From NCBI GenBank assembly GCA_977862235.1, contig OZ374565.1, positions 124,001-188,000 of the forward strand: a stretch of 64,000 nucleotides of DNA. The letters are read 5' to 3'. The DNA comes from Dudresnaya verticillata. Lineage: Eukaryota. How positions within the stretch are numbered: position 1 is the stretch's first letter; each line of letters starts with the position of its first letter. The notes beneath the pieces were generated by a model. That model searched no databases. It saw only the letters and a list, made by a program, of their open reading frames with translations, and was not told where the DNA came from. A program made the translations under genes and the position numbers. Shown one piece after another: positions 20,042 to 31,270 of this stretch.

Positions 20042-22631
20042 CTTGACTTGTGCTCCTTTCGTTACTCACAACCCCCAGCACCACTCTTAGCAACTCTGCC
20101 TTTGGCCACCACGGATCAACCACCACCTCAGCCGGCGGAGGGCACCGTCCCTTTAAGTAGTCTTGCGTGCATCTCGCCTTTTGACTTTCTCACATTCCCG
20201 GACAAGGGCCAACTCGAGACACCCAGCAGTTGGCAAAGTGCATCTAGCGCTGCATGTCAATCGCCTCCAGCCAGCAGCCCACGTGCACCGGTTTACAGAG
20301 CGTGCGCGTCTGTGCGACCTGGTCAATCCCTTTCCAAGCGCTCAACACCCGCCACGCCCGACTAGCGAGGAAACGACAGACAGATAAGATACAGCCCTGC
20401 CTGTCTGGTGACATCACCGCCAGAACTGTCCAAGAACAGGTGTTGGCAGCGCAGCTCACCTTTCTTTACATGACGCGCGCGAGGTGTTTGCGTGCGCCGG
20501 AAGCACCCGAGCGGAAACGCTCAGCAAAGTGGTGCGTGCACACCAAGTGAAACTGTTCGCGATAGCAATTCAGCCGCAAATTTGCGCTATTATGGCCCGA
20601 GTTGGCACCTAATAAGCCTCATTCGCAGGCAGTGATCCCCTTCATATTGCTAGTCGCTATTCTGCCCTTCTGTTGTCTGTCAACAGACCACCAAATCCGC
20701 CTGCCCTCGTCCCTGCTCCGCACGTGTAACCGCGATGACGTCGCCCGATCCTCACTGATTGCTTTGCCTCCGTCTTGCGCCAATTGTGCTCAAAGCCCTA
20801 CTTCATCACTTTACCCCCCTCACCCCATACAGAACCTGTTTCGGACACCTGCCCATCCTTTTTCTTTTCTCGATGTCTTCGGTTTACACGCATCGCTGTC
20901 AACTCTACACTCACAGTTTTTGAAAACCGTCGTCGCTGACGCTAAGCCTTAACCATTTGTACCATTCAATCGAACATGCACGGAACCGCCATAAAAGTTG
21001 CAGCCAAGGGGTATCTATCTCACCTGCGTCCGTTTAATTATCCGTCAAGTGCATCTCGAAGGTGGGGAATCATTGCTGTTGATGTGTAAACATGACATCC
21101 ACATAACCGTCGTCTCTTACGACGAGTGCCACTTTGTAACCAACTTGGACATGATACAGTATGGCTGTATAGGGCAACTTTTGTCCCTTTTTGGGACTCC
21201 GCGAACTGCACGAGCAATGCAATCGGAAGAAAAGCGCTTTTCGGCGAGAAGCTGAAAAAAAAAGAACAGTTGGGGACCATCCTTGCGATGGGCGATACCT
21301 GCAGAGTGCATCACACGCGCAGTCATCAGTGAATATTCGCACTTGTAGGGGTGGCTGAATTCAACCACGGCACATCTCAGCAAAAAAAAAGAAATGTCGG
21401 CACCCTCAAAGACATCCACAGGACGGCTATTCTATGAGAACTGTTACAGAACGATGTAGCTCAACGATGATGTATACGACATCTGAGATGCAACAGGATC
21501 CCCCTCCGCGGGACAACACACAGAGCCCCTCTTCTAGGGTCTTTCCAGGTGTGCAGGTCAATTTGCGACAACTACAGGTTGTGCTTTAGGTGGTTAAGGA
21601 AGCCCTCCTTCAGGAGGGTACCAGAATGCAAACCTCTCTGGTCTTGAAGTAATGATGCAGTAGCTGGTCAGGGCTTGGTAGCGAAGGGTTTAGGTTCTGG
21701 GCGGAGCTCGGACACACTTGACTTGATGGGCCATATGGTCAGAGCTTGGAACGCGGCGGATCGAGTGTATCGCATCAGATAGCTGGCTGAAGTATTGTAA
21801 CAATTGCAGCTTCCTTAGAAGGCATGCTGTTTCTTTTATCAATGGCTTCCTGAATAATATCAAAGCTATGTCCTGGGCAGTTGCTCAAGGGACCTCTGCC
21901 GCAGAAGAACAGATCATGTCTCGCTAGTGGAAACTTTGAACGACCGGGGGCGTGCACAGCACTATTACGAGGATAAGAACTTTACCCAAATGAGGCTCGG
22001 TAACAATAAACTGTTAAGAACGCAGAACGGTGTTGGAGAAGTCTCACGGGTAGGCTAGCGTACGACTGTGTGCTTCGCGTAGGGTGAAAATGATAAGCTG
22101 GCACCAGAAGCATCGAATGTGTTGACGTTTTGGACGACTGTCGTAGTGACAAGCAGAAGGTGAGAGCAGCGGGTCTCGCCATGCCGCGTAGAAAATAAGA
22201 AATTACAAAAAATAACATTAAATTAATGCAGTATGAGGGCGCTCAATTGCCGCGTAAAGTGCTGTACACTTCGTACACCCGTAACTCTTCCCGGAAACCA
22301 CCGACGAAGGCCGTCACAACACATATATATAGAGAGAGAGAGCCGCCCCAAAAGTCAACCCACATGCTCCTCTCCACAGCCGGTCTCGATCAAACCTCCC
22401 TCGTGTCTACAAGCAAATCCTGCTACTCACCTCTCTCGGCTCCAACTCTCCACTGCCGACGCTCCCACAGCACTCCTGGTCAGCAAATACAGCATATCTT
22501 CTATCTATTGCAATTTGCAGCTGACGGAATACGACACCAGCAGTCTCTCAGCTGTTGAAAAAAGAAACTCCAACCAACAAGCACGGCACTCTGCGGCAAA
22601 ACCCCCATTTTTCCGAGCACTTCGAGGGAAC

Positions 22632-23399
22632 ATGGCCCGTAGCCCGAAAAATAATCTCGTGCGCGAAGAAGATCACTTGGTAAGGACACATTCCCACAAG
22701 TGTCCAGGAAGTATGAAGAGACGCCTCTCTCTTCGAAGAAGCACAGAGACAAGTCGTTCTCCTCGAGCAAGTTTAGAAACACTTCGTTCTCTTCGAAAAA
22801 GCTCTTCAATTCGAGGGTTGCGAACTCTCAGTAGGAAGAGGTCACTGTCAAGTAACTCGCAGCGCTCCCGAGCTGCATCTACTGCCACCAACGAGGAATC
22901 CTACGATAACCAACTGTTTAACTCTGGGCGCGAGAGCGTGGTTAGTTCATGGCCAACATTGATACCTCTAGCGCTGGATATGGACAGGGACGCCATCTTG
23001 CATGGCGCGAAAACAACAACCTGGGAACAAATATTCTCAGCAGTCCTTGAAATATTCGATGATGATGACGATTTATTCGCAGAAGAAAGAGAGCTGGACT
23101 GGGAATCCTCCGTTGCCTTAAGGGATGCTCGCAGAATTCGCAGATCTAGCACAAGTAGTTTTGTGAAAGAAGAAGGAGTATTAGAGCAAATAGAGAGATT
23201 CGCAAGCACGAGGCATATGTGTCCAGTATGCAACATGGGGTTTACCAAAGAAGTTAATCGTGACACTCACCAGAAGAGGGTGCATGGGGCTCAACTATCA
23301 TCCGCTTCAAATCGATTGCCGGACCGGATAGTGACTCGAAGAAACTCGCACGAGCTGCCCTTTTCCACGCTACAACGCACACTATCAGTCGGCTATTAG
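22632..23399 (+). CDS. C2H2 zinc-finger protein with Ser/Arg-rich N-terminus
   Basis: HMCPVCNMGFTKEVNRDTHQKRVH classical finger. Start chosen at MARSPK (22632) within ORF 22233..23399. Confidence 0.7.
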   Translation: MARSPKNNLVREEDHLVRTHSHKCPGSMKRRLSLRRSTETSRSPRASLETLRSLRKSSSIRGLRTLSRKRSLSSNSQRSRAASTATNEESYDNQLFNSGRESVVSSWPTLIPLALDMDRDAILHGAKTTTWEQIFSAVLEIFDDDDDLFAEERELDWESSVALRDARRIRRSSTSSFVKEEGVLEQIERFASTRHMCPVCNMGFTKEVNRDTHQKRVHGAQLSSASNRLPDRIVTRRNSHELPFSTLQRTLSVGY

Positions 23400-23626
23400 C
23401 AGTTTCGATGCTAAAACATTTATAGGCACAAGTACTTGAGTAAATTGCACATCACCTCGTGCCAGCCTTTATCTTGATGATACACATTGCAATGACGCAT
23501 GCTGCTACCTTGGCCGTGCCGGTACATGGCGCTGACCTTCTGCACCCAAACCATTGCTCGGACACCGTGCAGGTGCAGAGGTATTGCAACACCTAGACAC
23601 GAAGTACGCAGAGCGTGCAGCGAAAA

Positions 23627-24514
23627 TCAACAACATTGGAAACTGACCCATACCGGGAGAGACTCGCACTGCTCGCAGACGAAGATGTAAACGATGCCCA
23701 TGTCGCCCAGACACAGATTGGAACCCTTAATAGAGTCGAGAACAAGCTTGCCGTTTCCCAACCGCCGGACATCACTGGGGGCCCAACGGTAACCGGAAAC
23801 AACATCGCCGATATCAGAGCTCGAAATGGAGAGCATGAGGGTCATATTGCTGCCACAGGCGCACTTGTTAGGCTCAAAATTCTGAATCACACTGACATAG
23901 CCGCCGACCTTGGTCCCCGGCGAACTCGAAAACATTGACTCGTACGCATATTCCTGGCAGTCTCCCGGGACCTTGAGCTCCTCAAAGTCATCGATGGCCT
24001 TCTCTTGGACCCAGTCGTTAACCGCATCGAATAGGTCACCGACCTCAGAATCGGTCTCCTGAACGCGCTCCGGGAAGAGCGCGCACTCAGCAGGGACCTG
24101 CGAGCGGTTGTAGTACTCGCCGTGGAATGGTGGTGGGCGCACGGAGCCGATCTCGCTTGCAGTGCGCCAGAAGGTGGCCACAATCGGCCCGTAGACGGTT
24201 TCTTCGTGGTCCTCCGGACACCATAGCATATTGAAGAGGTCGGTGCGCGGCGGGAACGGGAGTTCGGGGACGTCTGCCTTGCGCAGCTGGACTACCGGAA
24301 CGTACGGGCAGTTGTGTTCGGAGCAGTTCGGCCACTCGGCGTCCGACGGCCAGGCAGGCCGGCCACCTAGCTTGGAGGCGAATGGATCTGGGACTGGGCG
24401 GCAGCGCGGGTGGAGCAGGACAGCGGTCTTTTTGGGAAGGTTGAAGTGGGCGGCGACATCCATTTTGGGGATGTAGGTCTTGGGTGGGGTAATCGACGGG
24501 TCCGAGGTCGACAT
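23627..24514 (-). CDS. YwqG/DUF1963-like (PDCD2_C-related) protein, paralog A
   Basis: SKLGGRPAWP, CSEH..VQL, TKVGGY..IQ, CACG..M.L and LGDMG.VYIFVC motifs. Colinear with 42073-42966. Confidence 0.75.
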   Translation of the reverse strand: MSTSDPSITPPKTYIPKMDVAAHFNLPKKTAVLLHPRCRPVPDPFASKLGGRPAWPSDAEWPNCSEHNCPYVPVVQLRKADVPELPFPPRTDLFNMLWCPEDHEETVYGPIVATFWRTASEIGSVRPPPFHGEYYNRSQVPAECALFPERVQETDSEVGDLFDAVNDWVQEKAIDDFEELKVPGDCQEYAYESMFSSSPGTKVGGYVSVIQNFEPNKCACGSNMTLMLSISSSDIGDVVSGYRWAPSDVRRLGNGKLVLDSIKGSNLCLGDMGIVYIFVCEQCESLPVWVSFQCC

Positions 24515-25053
24515 GACGTGATTTCGTGGTGGAGAGGGTGTGTCGGGCGGTGGGAATGCTGCTCGGGGAGCATGCGATGGTCCCAGCGGGAGGGGTTACG
24601 TGCTATAAGGATCCATAGCGTCTTGCGCAAGACTGTGAATGCATCTGCATGCGAGGCCTCAGGGGGTCAGCCAGGGAGGCGGGCGCAGCGCGTAACTCGC
24701 GGACCTCGAACGGAGCGATGCGGGGCTTGTCGTTACCATGGGAACAACGATGGCGGTGAAGGTAGCGAGCGTTGCCCACCGTGCATGGCATGCTGGCCAT
24801 CGTCAGCAGAGCGGAAGACTGCTCTCCGGCCGCCTGCGCGCAGTCGCGAAAATATGTCCGATATGGCGCAGTGAGGTGACGTGGCCGCGCCGCGAAAATG
24901 ACGTGGCCGCAGCCCCAAAAACGAACGAGAGAGCGGATCACCGCGCCACGCCGCGTCACTCCCGCTTTCCGCGTCGACTCCGCCCCGATCGACTCCTCGC
25001 CGACTCCGCACCGACTCCGCACCGCCCGCTCCCGGAGCGCACGTCTACGCGCC

Positions 25054-26493
25054 ATGGCCGGCCCCTCGACCATCGCAATGAGTGACTTGCTGCTCGCGCT
25101 ACGCCTGCATCTGCAAGAGTCCGGCGCAGGAAACGTCCCAACCCGCGCGCTGCTCGACCTTCCACAGCATGCTGCCCCACACCCCATGGATCGCGACGCC
25201 GCCGCCGCCTGCGTGATCACCGACATCGCCCTCTTGGTCGCGCGTGACAGTGCAGTCGCCCACACCGTCGCCGCCCAGGAGGCTGGACATCTCTCGTCGC
25301 CCGTCTCTACGTCGGCCGCGCCCGCCCACCCCACCGATGTCTCGCTGGACACCCAGTCCATCCCGCCACACACCTGCCCCATATGCCTCGAGCTCACCCC
25401 CGCGGCAACCTGCTTCGTGTCCGGCACGTGCGGACATGCGTTTTGCACGCACTGCATGCGCTCGTATCTCACCGTGGTCGCCATGGAAACCAAAAAGTTT
25501 CCCATCCGCTGCCCTTCCTGCCGCGCCAACCTCGACCCTCCCACTTGTCTTTCCTTCCTCTCCGGTGTGGGCGACGCTTACTTTGCCTTGGAGAGGCTCA
25601 TTCTTGAGAAGCAGCATTGTGATAACATTCGCTACTGTGCGAATGAAAAGTGCGCATCCCCGTTTGACTGGTTTGATGATCCGGATTTCGCCGCCTATTC
25701 CGACCGCTACCGCATCCAATGTCCGCTGTGCGACGAGGCAACCTGCGTCCAGTGCAGGGCCCTCTGGCATGACGGTCAGACCTGCGACCAATTTCAGCAG
25801 GAGAAGGAGGATACCGATGCACTTGTTGCCCTAGCAAGGAATAATGAGTGGCGGGCCTGTCCGGACTGTGGCCAGGTTATTGACAAAGTCGTCGGCGATT
25901 GTAACTTCGTCAAGTGTCGATGCGGATGCGGTTTTTGTCACCATTGCGGCAAGAAGTATATCTCGTTGGCTGCAACTGCCGAAAACATACATGGACGTCC
26001 TGATTGCACCTGTGGTTTGTTTCCCGAAGGTCGCCAACAGAATGTGTTCGAAGGCGTGGCCGCTCTCGAGATGCCCGTTTTTCATATGCAGGTGGATCAT
26101 TGGATGGAGGGTCCCGTCCATGTCCAAGCGGAGTACGGGGCACCCATCATCGCCCAAGAGCGGATAGTTCAGGTTCCGCCCAACGACTACATGCGCAACG
26201 AGCTCGACAGTTATGAGATTGGGCCTAACGGCTATGTGTCCGTGCAGGACTGGTTGCAAGGCGCAGGTCTGAGGCGAAAGAAATTGCCGCCGCGTTTGCA
26301 CGGAGAGCTTAGCGGGAACCGATGCCCTTACGACGAGTGCCAAGCGACATTTGCCAATGTCCGCGCACTTAATCAGCACCTTGCAAACGTGCGAAGGCAC
26401 CGTGTTTATCTCTGCTGCGGGCGTCCGTTCACTACATATCATGGTTTAGCAATGCATCAGCGAGCTGTGCATGGTCGTCGCTTTGAGAACTAA
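25054..26493 (+). CDS. RBR (RING1-IBR-RING2) E3 ubiquitin ligase with C-terminal C2H2-like fingers
   Basis: RING1 CPIC...CGHAFCTHC...CPSC; IBR CANEKC...CPLC...CVQC..WH..TC; RING2 CPDC...CNFVKCRCG..FCHHC; tail CPYDEC...H...H. Start MAGPS (25054). Confidence 0.9.
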   Translation: MAGPSTIAMSDLLLALRLHLQESGAGNVPTRALLDLPQHAAPHPMDRDAAAACVITDIALLVARDSAVAHTVAAQEAGHLSSPVSTSAAPAHPTDVSLDTQSIPPHTCPICLELTPAATCFVSGTCGHAFCTHCMRSYLTVVAMETKKFPIRCPSCRANLDPPTCLSFLSGVGDAYFALERLILEKQHCDNIRYCANEKCASPFDWFDDPDFAAYSDRYRIQCPLCDEATCVQCRALWHDGQTCDQFQQEKEDTDALVALARNNEWRACPDCGQVIDKVVGDCNFVKCRCGCGFCHHCGKKYISLAATAENIHGRPDCTCGLFPEGRQQNVFEGVAALEMPVFHMQVDHWMEGPVHVQAEYGAPIIAQERIVQVPPNDYMRNELDSYEIGPNGYVSVQDWLQGAGLRRKKLPPRLHGELSGNRCPYDECQATFANVRALNQHLANVRRHRVYLCCGRPFTTYHGLAMHQRAVHGRRFEN

Positions 26494-26963
26494 CTGTGGG
26501 TGTATGAATACAGCGGAGCGAAAATGTAGATATCGGCAGGTTGTAAAGACAAGGTAAGACGCCTTCGAGAGCTCCTAAGGTCATACATACGTTATATTGC
26601 GCTGCTCATACGTGTCGCAATCGCTGCTATACTGCACTACTATGCAATCAAGCGGCGATGTTCTGCGTCTTTTAAACGACAAGGAAGTGAGAAGCCGTTG
26701 AATCTTTGCAGCTCCTGATTCCCGCTACAGCCCGCTAAGGCTGCGGCGCTTTAACAAGTCAGACGTTTAATGAGTCGTACAAATGCGATGACTTCCTCTT
26801 GAGCTCGCATTGGAATGAGTGGATCAAAGTGAATCCATTCGCAACTCGCATGAAGGCTGCAAACCGACGCAAGCCGCTGCATTGCGTTAAGTTGAACAAG
26901 TTACTGTTAGTATGTAACATAAAAGCGTTATTAAAGGCTTGTCGACTCTCGCAAGAGATGTCG

Positions 26964-28853
26964 TTAGATCGGAGTAGGCGTCGATGCCTTCGCAAGAACG
27001 ACCGGGACTTCCCGCATGGCGAACTTGCGTACCATATCGTAGAAGTCTTTCTCGTCGCCAGTCTTAGACATTCTCACCACATTGCTCAGCTCGTCCATGT
27101 ACAGGATCACACAGTCATCATGTACTTTAAACAAGATCGACAAGCTGAACAACATCGCATACAACGGCATGTCCATCGCCAAGTTGATCGACTTGATCTC
27201 GGTTTCGAACTGAGCCTTCAGGCAAACAGTTTCGGTCGCATCGCCTTCATCAGGTGTAGGCGACATGTCGCCAAGGTCACCAATGTTCAAAATCCTGACA
27301 CCCTTCTTGTTCAGCGCACGAATCCTGGTCGCTATCCTCTTAGCATCGGGCTCAGGCTCCGGGGAAGGTACCCGAGGTCTGGACGACGGTGCAGGGATAA
27401 AGACGGGCGGTCTAGTGACGACCTGTGGGCGCGCAGACGCGGCCGAGCCTTTCGGGGCTGCCATAGTCGAGGTTGCTGGGGCTGCCGTGGTGGGGGCTTC
27501 TGCGGCTGTCGCAGTTGAGCTTTTTTCGGCAGCCGCGGTGGAGCTTTTTGCGGCTGCCGCGGTCGAGCTTTTTGCGGCTGCCGCGGTCGAGCTTTTTGCG
27601 GCTGCCGCAGTCAAGGTTTTCTCGGCTGCGGCGGTCGGGGTTTTCACGGTTGGGGCAGGAGTGGGAGCTGAAGTAGGCTCCGCTGTGGCCGTCAGGGCTG
27701 TCGTGGGGGCTGGACCCGGAGCTCCTCTGTTGGTGGGCGCGGGCATTGGTGTGGGAATTTGGGTAGGGGTGGATGGCGGGGCGGGTGCTGGAGGGACTTT
27801 CGCCTGATCCGCAGAGGGCGCCACTTGCTTCAAAGTCTGTGGGACCGCTGGTGGTGACAGCGAGACAGCTGTGTCGCCCCTCGTGAGATCTGCGTCATCA
27901 CGCGTATTCTCCTTCCCAGATGCGGGTCCTATCGACCCTACGCCACTGCTCTTGAGAGAGTCGCTTCCATCATCTGCAGAATCATCATCTTCGACGTAGC
28001 TGGCGGGATCCTTTTTCGCAGCATTGCGCTTGGGCCTTAAGGGGCGGGACGGCATGGAACGTCCCGGGTGAGCAGCGGGAGTGGCAGTGAGGGCGAGTTT
28101 GCCCCGCTTGTAGCGAACACCGCAGGCATTACACAGATTGCGGCTGCCGTCTGGACCTTGGCGCCACCTGGGGGTCTTGATGGTGCTGCAATTCATGCAC
28201 TGCAGCCTCGCTGACAAGCGGCCGCGCTTCTTTGCCGGACGAGGAATGTGCTTTCCTACGGAAGATATCATCTGCGGTGATTGGACGTCATCGTCAGGCG
28301 AAGATGGAACTGGGTGGTTGCGGCGAGCAACCGACGACGCGTGCATCTTCGCGGTTTGCTCGTCTGGCGAAGCGGGCTCCACTTCACCGTCCAGCGGGGG
28401 CGTAAAATCCCTGGACGAAGCATCGTCCCTGTTTGCTTGCGGTGGCGACGGGGTCTCCACGCGGAGACGGTCCTTCCTTCGTGCTGCGGCCGGCGCGGCC
28501 GAAGCCGTGGGCTTTCCACGAGACGACGCGAGCGTACCACGCTTGTAGCGGGTACCGCATGCATTGCACAGGGTCTTCGGGCCCGTGGGGCCGTTGCGCC
28601 ACATCGGGGTTTCCGAGACGTCGCAGTTGGCGCAGCGCTTCGGCAGCGCCATGACGGACAGAATTTCCGGCGGGAGCGTGACGCCATCGTGCGGCGACGA
28701 CGGCATGCGAATGACGCGAGGGCGTGGCTTTGGAGTGCTGAAGCGGGCGGCACAGCGGGCGCAAAGGGCGTCGGCCGCGACAGAGGGGCTGGACGAGCCG
28801 CACACGGAGCACCGCGCGCGCGAGCGCGTGCTCGGATCGGAGAGCCCCGCCAT
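26964..28853 (-). CDS. GATA transcription factor with two C-x2-C-x18-C-x2-C fingers
   Basis: CANCDVSETPMWRNGPTGPKTLCNACG and CMNCSTIKTPRWRQGPDGSRNLCNACG. Start MAGLSD (28853). Confidence 0.9.
   Translation of the reverse strand: MAGLSDPSTRSRARCSVCGSSSPSVAADALCARCAARFSTPKPRPRVIRMPSSPHDGVTLPPEILSVMALPKRCANCDVSETPMWRNGPTGPKTLCNACGTRYKRGTLASSRGKPTASAAPAAARRKDRLRVETPSPPQANRDDASSRDFTPPLDGEVEPASPDEQTAKMHASSVARRNHPVPSSPDDDVQSPQMISSVGKHIPRPAKKRGRLSARLQCMNCSTIKTPRWRQGPDGSRNLCNACGVRYKRGKLALTATPAAHPGRSMPSRPLRPKRNAAKKDPASYVEDDDSADDGSDSLKSSGVGSIGPASGKENTRDDADLTRGDTAVSLSPPAVPQTLKQVAPSADQAKVPPAPAPPSTPTQIPTPMPAPTNRGAPGPAPTTALTATAEPTSAPTPAPTVKTPTAAAEKTLTAAAAKSSTAAAAKSSTAAAAKSSTAAAEKSSTATAAEAPTTAAPATSTMAAPKGSAASARPQVVTRPPVFIPAPSSRPRVPSPEPEPDAKRIATRIRALNKKGVRILNIGDLGDMSPTPDEGDATETVCLKAQFETEIKSINLAMDMPLYAMLFSLSILFKVHDDCVILYMDELSNVVRMSKTGDEKDFYDMVRKFAMREVPVVLAKASTPTPI
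27515..27640 (-). repeat. 24-bp coding tandem repeat (TAAAAKSS)n in the GATA gene
   Basis: About five copies of GAGCTTTTTGCGGCTGCCGCGGTC-like units. Confidence 0.85.
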
Positions 28854-29185
28854 GCGGTGGGCGGGGTGCGGCGACAGCGCGAGGGGCTTGCGGTTGTCTT
28901 CCTCGAGAGACGGGGGGCGGAGGGTTCTACGGTGGCTCGCGTCGCCTTGGGCGGCGCGGTCGGGTCGGGCGGGACGGCGGGCGGAACTTGACGGTAGACG
29001 AACGGCGGGTAAATGCAAGCCACAGGCGGCTTTTTTCTCGAAATTTAGGTTTCCGCCCTCCGCGAAGTGAAAATATGCGCGCCCTTTCGAATTGGCGCGC
29101 TGCGCTTCAAGCGCCTTCCGACCGCAACGTCTCCTCCGTTGTCAGCAGACTCTTTAAGTCTTTTTACTGAAAACGAGCAAGCAGT

Positions 29186-31270
29186 CTACACCGGCATCAG
29201 AGTAACATACACATTGTCCGGCTCAACTACAACATTAACTATTCCAACCAGCGTCTGGGCACATCCAGTCTCCATTCCCGGCGAGATTGCAATCGACAGT
29301 CTGCTATCTGTCACCTCCCGCTGCGTCACAGAGTCTCGCAGCACAACAGTCACTGCCGCCGGCTCCCGCGACCTCATCTCATGCCATCCGGCCTTCAACG
29401 TGATCACGGCCTCGTCCGTCCACAGGCCCTGATTCAGAGCATCCCCGACCTTGACTACTGTCGTCTCCACCCCTCCACTTTCTCCTAAAAACATGACCAC
29501 GTTGCCTGAGCCCACACATCCTTCCCCTCCACTCTCACTTGCAAACTCGGTGGCAGTGTTCAGGTCATGCATTCCACCCTTCCACGCGTAGTGAACCACT
29601 AGTTCCATGCCTTCGACGCTCCCCACTACAGCAACAAAGTCCTGCAGCCTCTCATCCATAGTAGTTGAAGCTGGTTGAACTTCAATAGCTTTCTCCAACG
29701 TAACTGCGTATTGTGAGTCCTTCATTTCTCTTCCAGAGATCACCGGAACTGCCGAAAACCCTAAAATCGCGAAATCGGAGTCCTCTCGGAAGGGTATGAG
29801 GTTACTGAACACATAATCACCTTCCTGTTCATCGCGCGTTAAAGCCTTTCCATCATCTCTCAACTCAAACGACGTTTCTTCTCCCCCAAGTGCCTCCATA
29901 GCGCCGGACTGATACACCACAAACTTCTCTATCTCATCTCTTGCGCTCATCTCCAGTTCTGATGCGTTAACAGTTACGAATACGTTAGATGAAACCCCCG
30001 TTGTGACAATCCTAGGCTCCAACTTAAAGATTACAGGCCCAATTGTAGGCAACGAAGTATAGCTAGGAAGAGGTTTCCAACTGGGTTTCGAACTAGAGCT
30101 CGGCTTGGGCGTGTGTGACGGTTCGTATTGGTAAGATGGTTTTGCACTCTCACTAGGTCGAGGTTCATAGCTCGGCTTCACGCTTCTGCTCGGATCAGCG
30201 CTGTGGCTTGGCTTGGCGCTCATGCTAGGACGAGTGTCTTCCGTAGGCTTTGGACTCCTCGACGGCTCACCCTGGAAAGACGGTCGTGGGCTCATACTGG
30301 GGCGAGTATCCTCGCTCGGTTTAGGGCTCCTCGACGGTTCACCCTGGAAAGACGGTCGTGGGCTCATGCTGGGGCGAGAATCTTCGCTAGGCTTAGGGCT
30401 CCTCGACGGCTCACCCTGGAAAGACGGTCGTGGGCTCATGCTGGGGCGAGAATCTTCGCTAGGCTTAGGGCTCCTCGACGGCTCACCCTGGAAAGACGGT
30501 CGTGGGCTCATGCTGGGGCGAGTATCCTCGCTAGGCTTAGGGTTTCTCGATGGCTCACCCTGGAAAGACGGTCGTGGGCTCATACTGGGGCGAGTATCGT
30601 CGCTAGGCTTAGGGCTTCTCGACGGCTCACCCTGGAAAGACGGTCGTGGGCTCATACTGGGGCGAGTATCGTCGCTAGGCTTAGGGCTCCTCGACGGTTC
30701 ACCCTGGAAAGACGGTCGTGGGGTCATGCTGGGGCGAGAATCGTCGCTAGGCTTAGGGCTTCTCGACGGCTCACCCTGGAAAGACGGTCGTGGGCTCATA
30801 CTGGGGCGGGAATCCTCTGTGGGCTTCGGACTCCGGCTAGGCTGACTGCTAGGTCTTGGCGTCATCGTAGGTGAAGCAGTCGGCCGAGATGTGCGACTGG
30901 CACTTGGTTTGGGACTCCGACTCGGTTGAGTGCTAGGCCTTGGCGTCATGGTGGATGAAGCGCTCGGCCGGGGTGAGCGGCTCGCAATAGGCTTTCCGCT
31001 TCGAGATGGGCTGGGCGATGGTTTGGGTGAAACGCTCACGTTGTTTCGTGTGCAGATCCATCCACGAGTGGGCCGCCCCCACCGGTTTACTCCTTGGCAT
31101 GATTGCACCTCGCAGTACCCGAAGTTGTACCATCTCTGGCAGGTTTTTTCGACGAAATTCCTACGGCGAAGGCATGTTTCGCCGCAGTTAGGAAGTATCT
31201 GTGCCTGTACTTGAGCGAGAACGACACAGATGAAGATGATGATGGTGCCTGTGAGATTCCACCGCTCCAT
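29186..31270 (-). CDS. Secreted Ser/Pro-rich repeat protein (694 aa) with Cys-rich N-terminus and conserved C-terminal domain, paralog A
   Basis: Signal peptide, N-terminal Cys motif, 24-aa repeats. C-terminal ~280 aa (LRDDG...D...GDYVFS) are homologous to 33500-34579. Confidence 0.85.
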   Translation of the reverse strand: MERWNLTGTIIIFICVVLAQVQAQILPNCGETCLRRRNFVEKTCQRWYNFGYCEVQSCQGVNRWGRPTRGWICTRNNVSVSPKPSPSPSRSGKPIASRSPRPSASSTMTPRPSTQPSRSPKPSASRTSRPTASPTMTPRPSSQPSRSPKPTEDSRPSMSPRPSFQGEPSRSPKPSDDSRPSMTPRPSFQGEPSRSPKPSDDTRPSMSPRPSFQGEPSRSPKPSDDTRPSMSPRPSFQGEPSRNPKPSEDTRPSMSPRPSFQGEPSRSPKPSEDSRPSMSPRPSFQGEPSRSPKPSEDSRPSMSPRPSFQGEPSRSPKPSEDTRPSMSPRPSFQGEPSRSPKPTEDTRPSMSAKPSHSADPSRSVKPSYEPRPSESAKPSYQYEPSHTPKPSSSSKPSWKPLPSYTSLPTIGPVIFKLEPRIVTTGVSSNVFVTVNASELEMSARDEIEKFVVYQSGAMEALGGEETSFELRDDGKALTRDEQEGDYVFSNLIPFREDSDFAILGFSAVPVISGREMKDSQYAVTLEKAIEVQPASTTMDERLQDFVAVVGSVEGMELVVHYAWKGGMHDLNTATEFASESGGEGCVGSGNVVMFLGESGGVETTVVKVGDALNQGLWTDEAVITLKAGWHEMRSREPAAVTVVLRDSVTQREVTDSRLSIAISPGMETGCAQTLVGIVNVVVEPDNVYVTLMPV
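30255..30830 (-). repeat. 72-bp coding minisatellite (~8 copies, PSMSPRPSFQGEPSRSPKPSEDSR)
   Basis: GACGGTCGTG recurs at 30279, 30351, 30423, 30495, 30567, 30639, 30711 and 30783. Confidence 0.95.

Noticed and set aside
30255..30830. Regular repeats resembling a CRISPR array
   Set aside because: No unique spacers; in-frame coding minisatellite in a eukaryotic gene.
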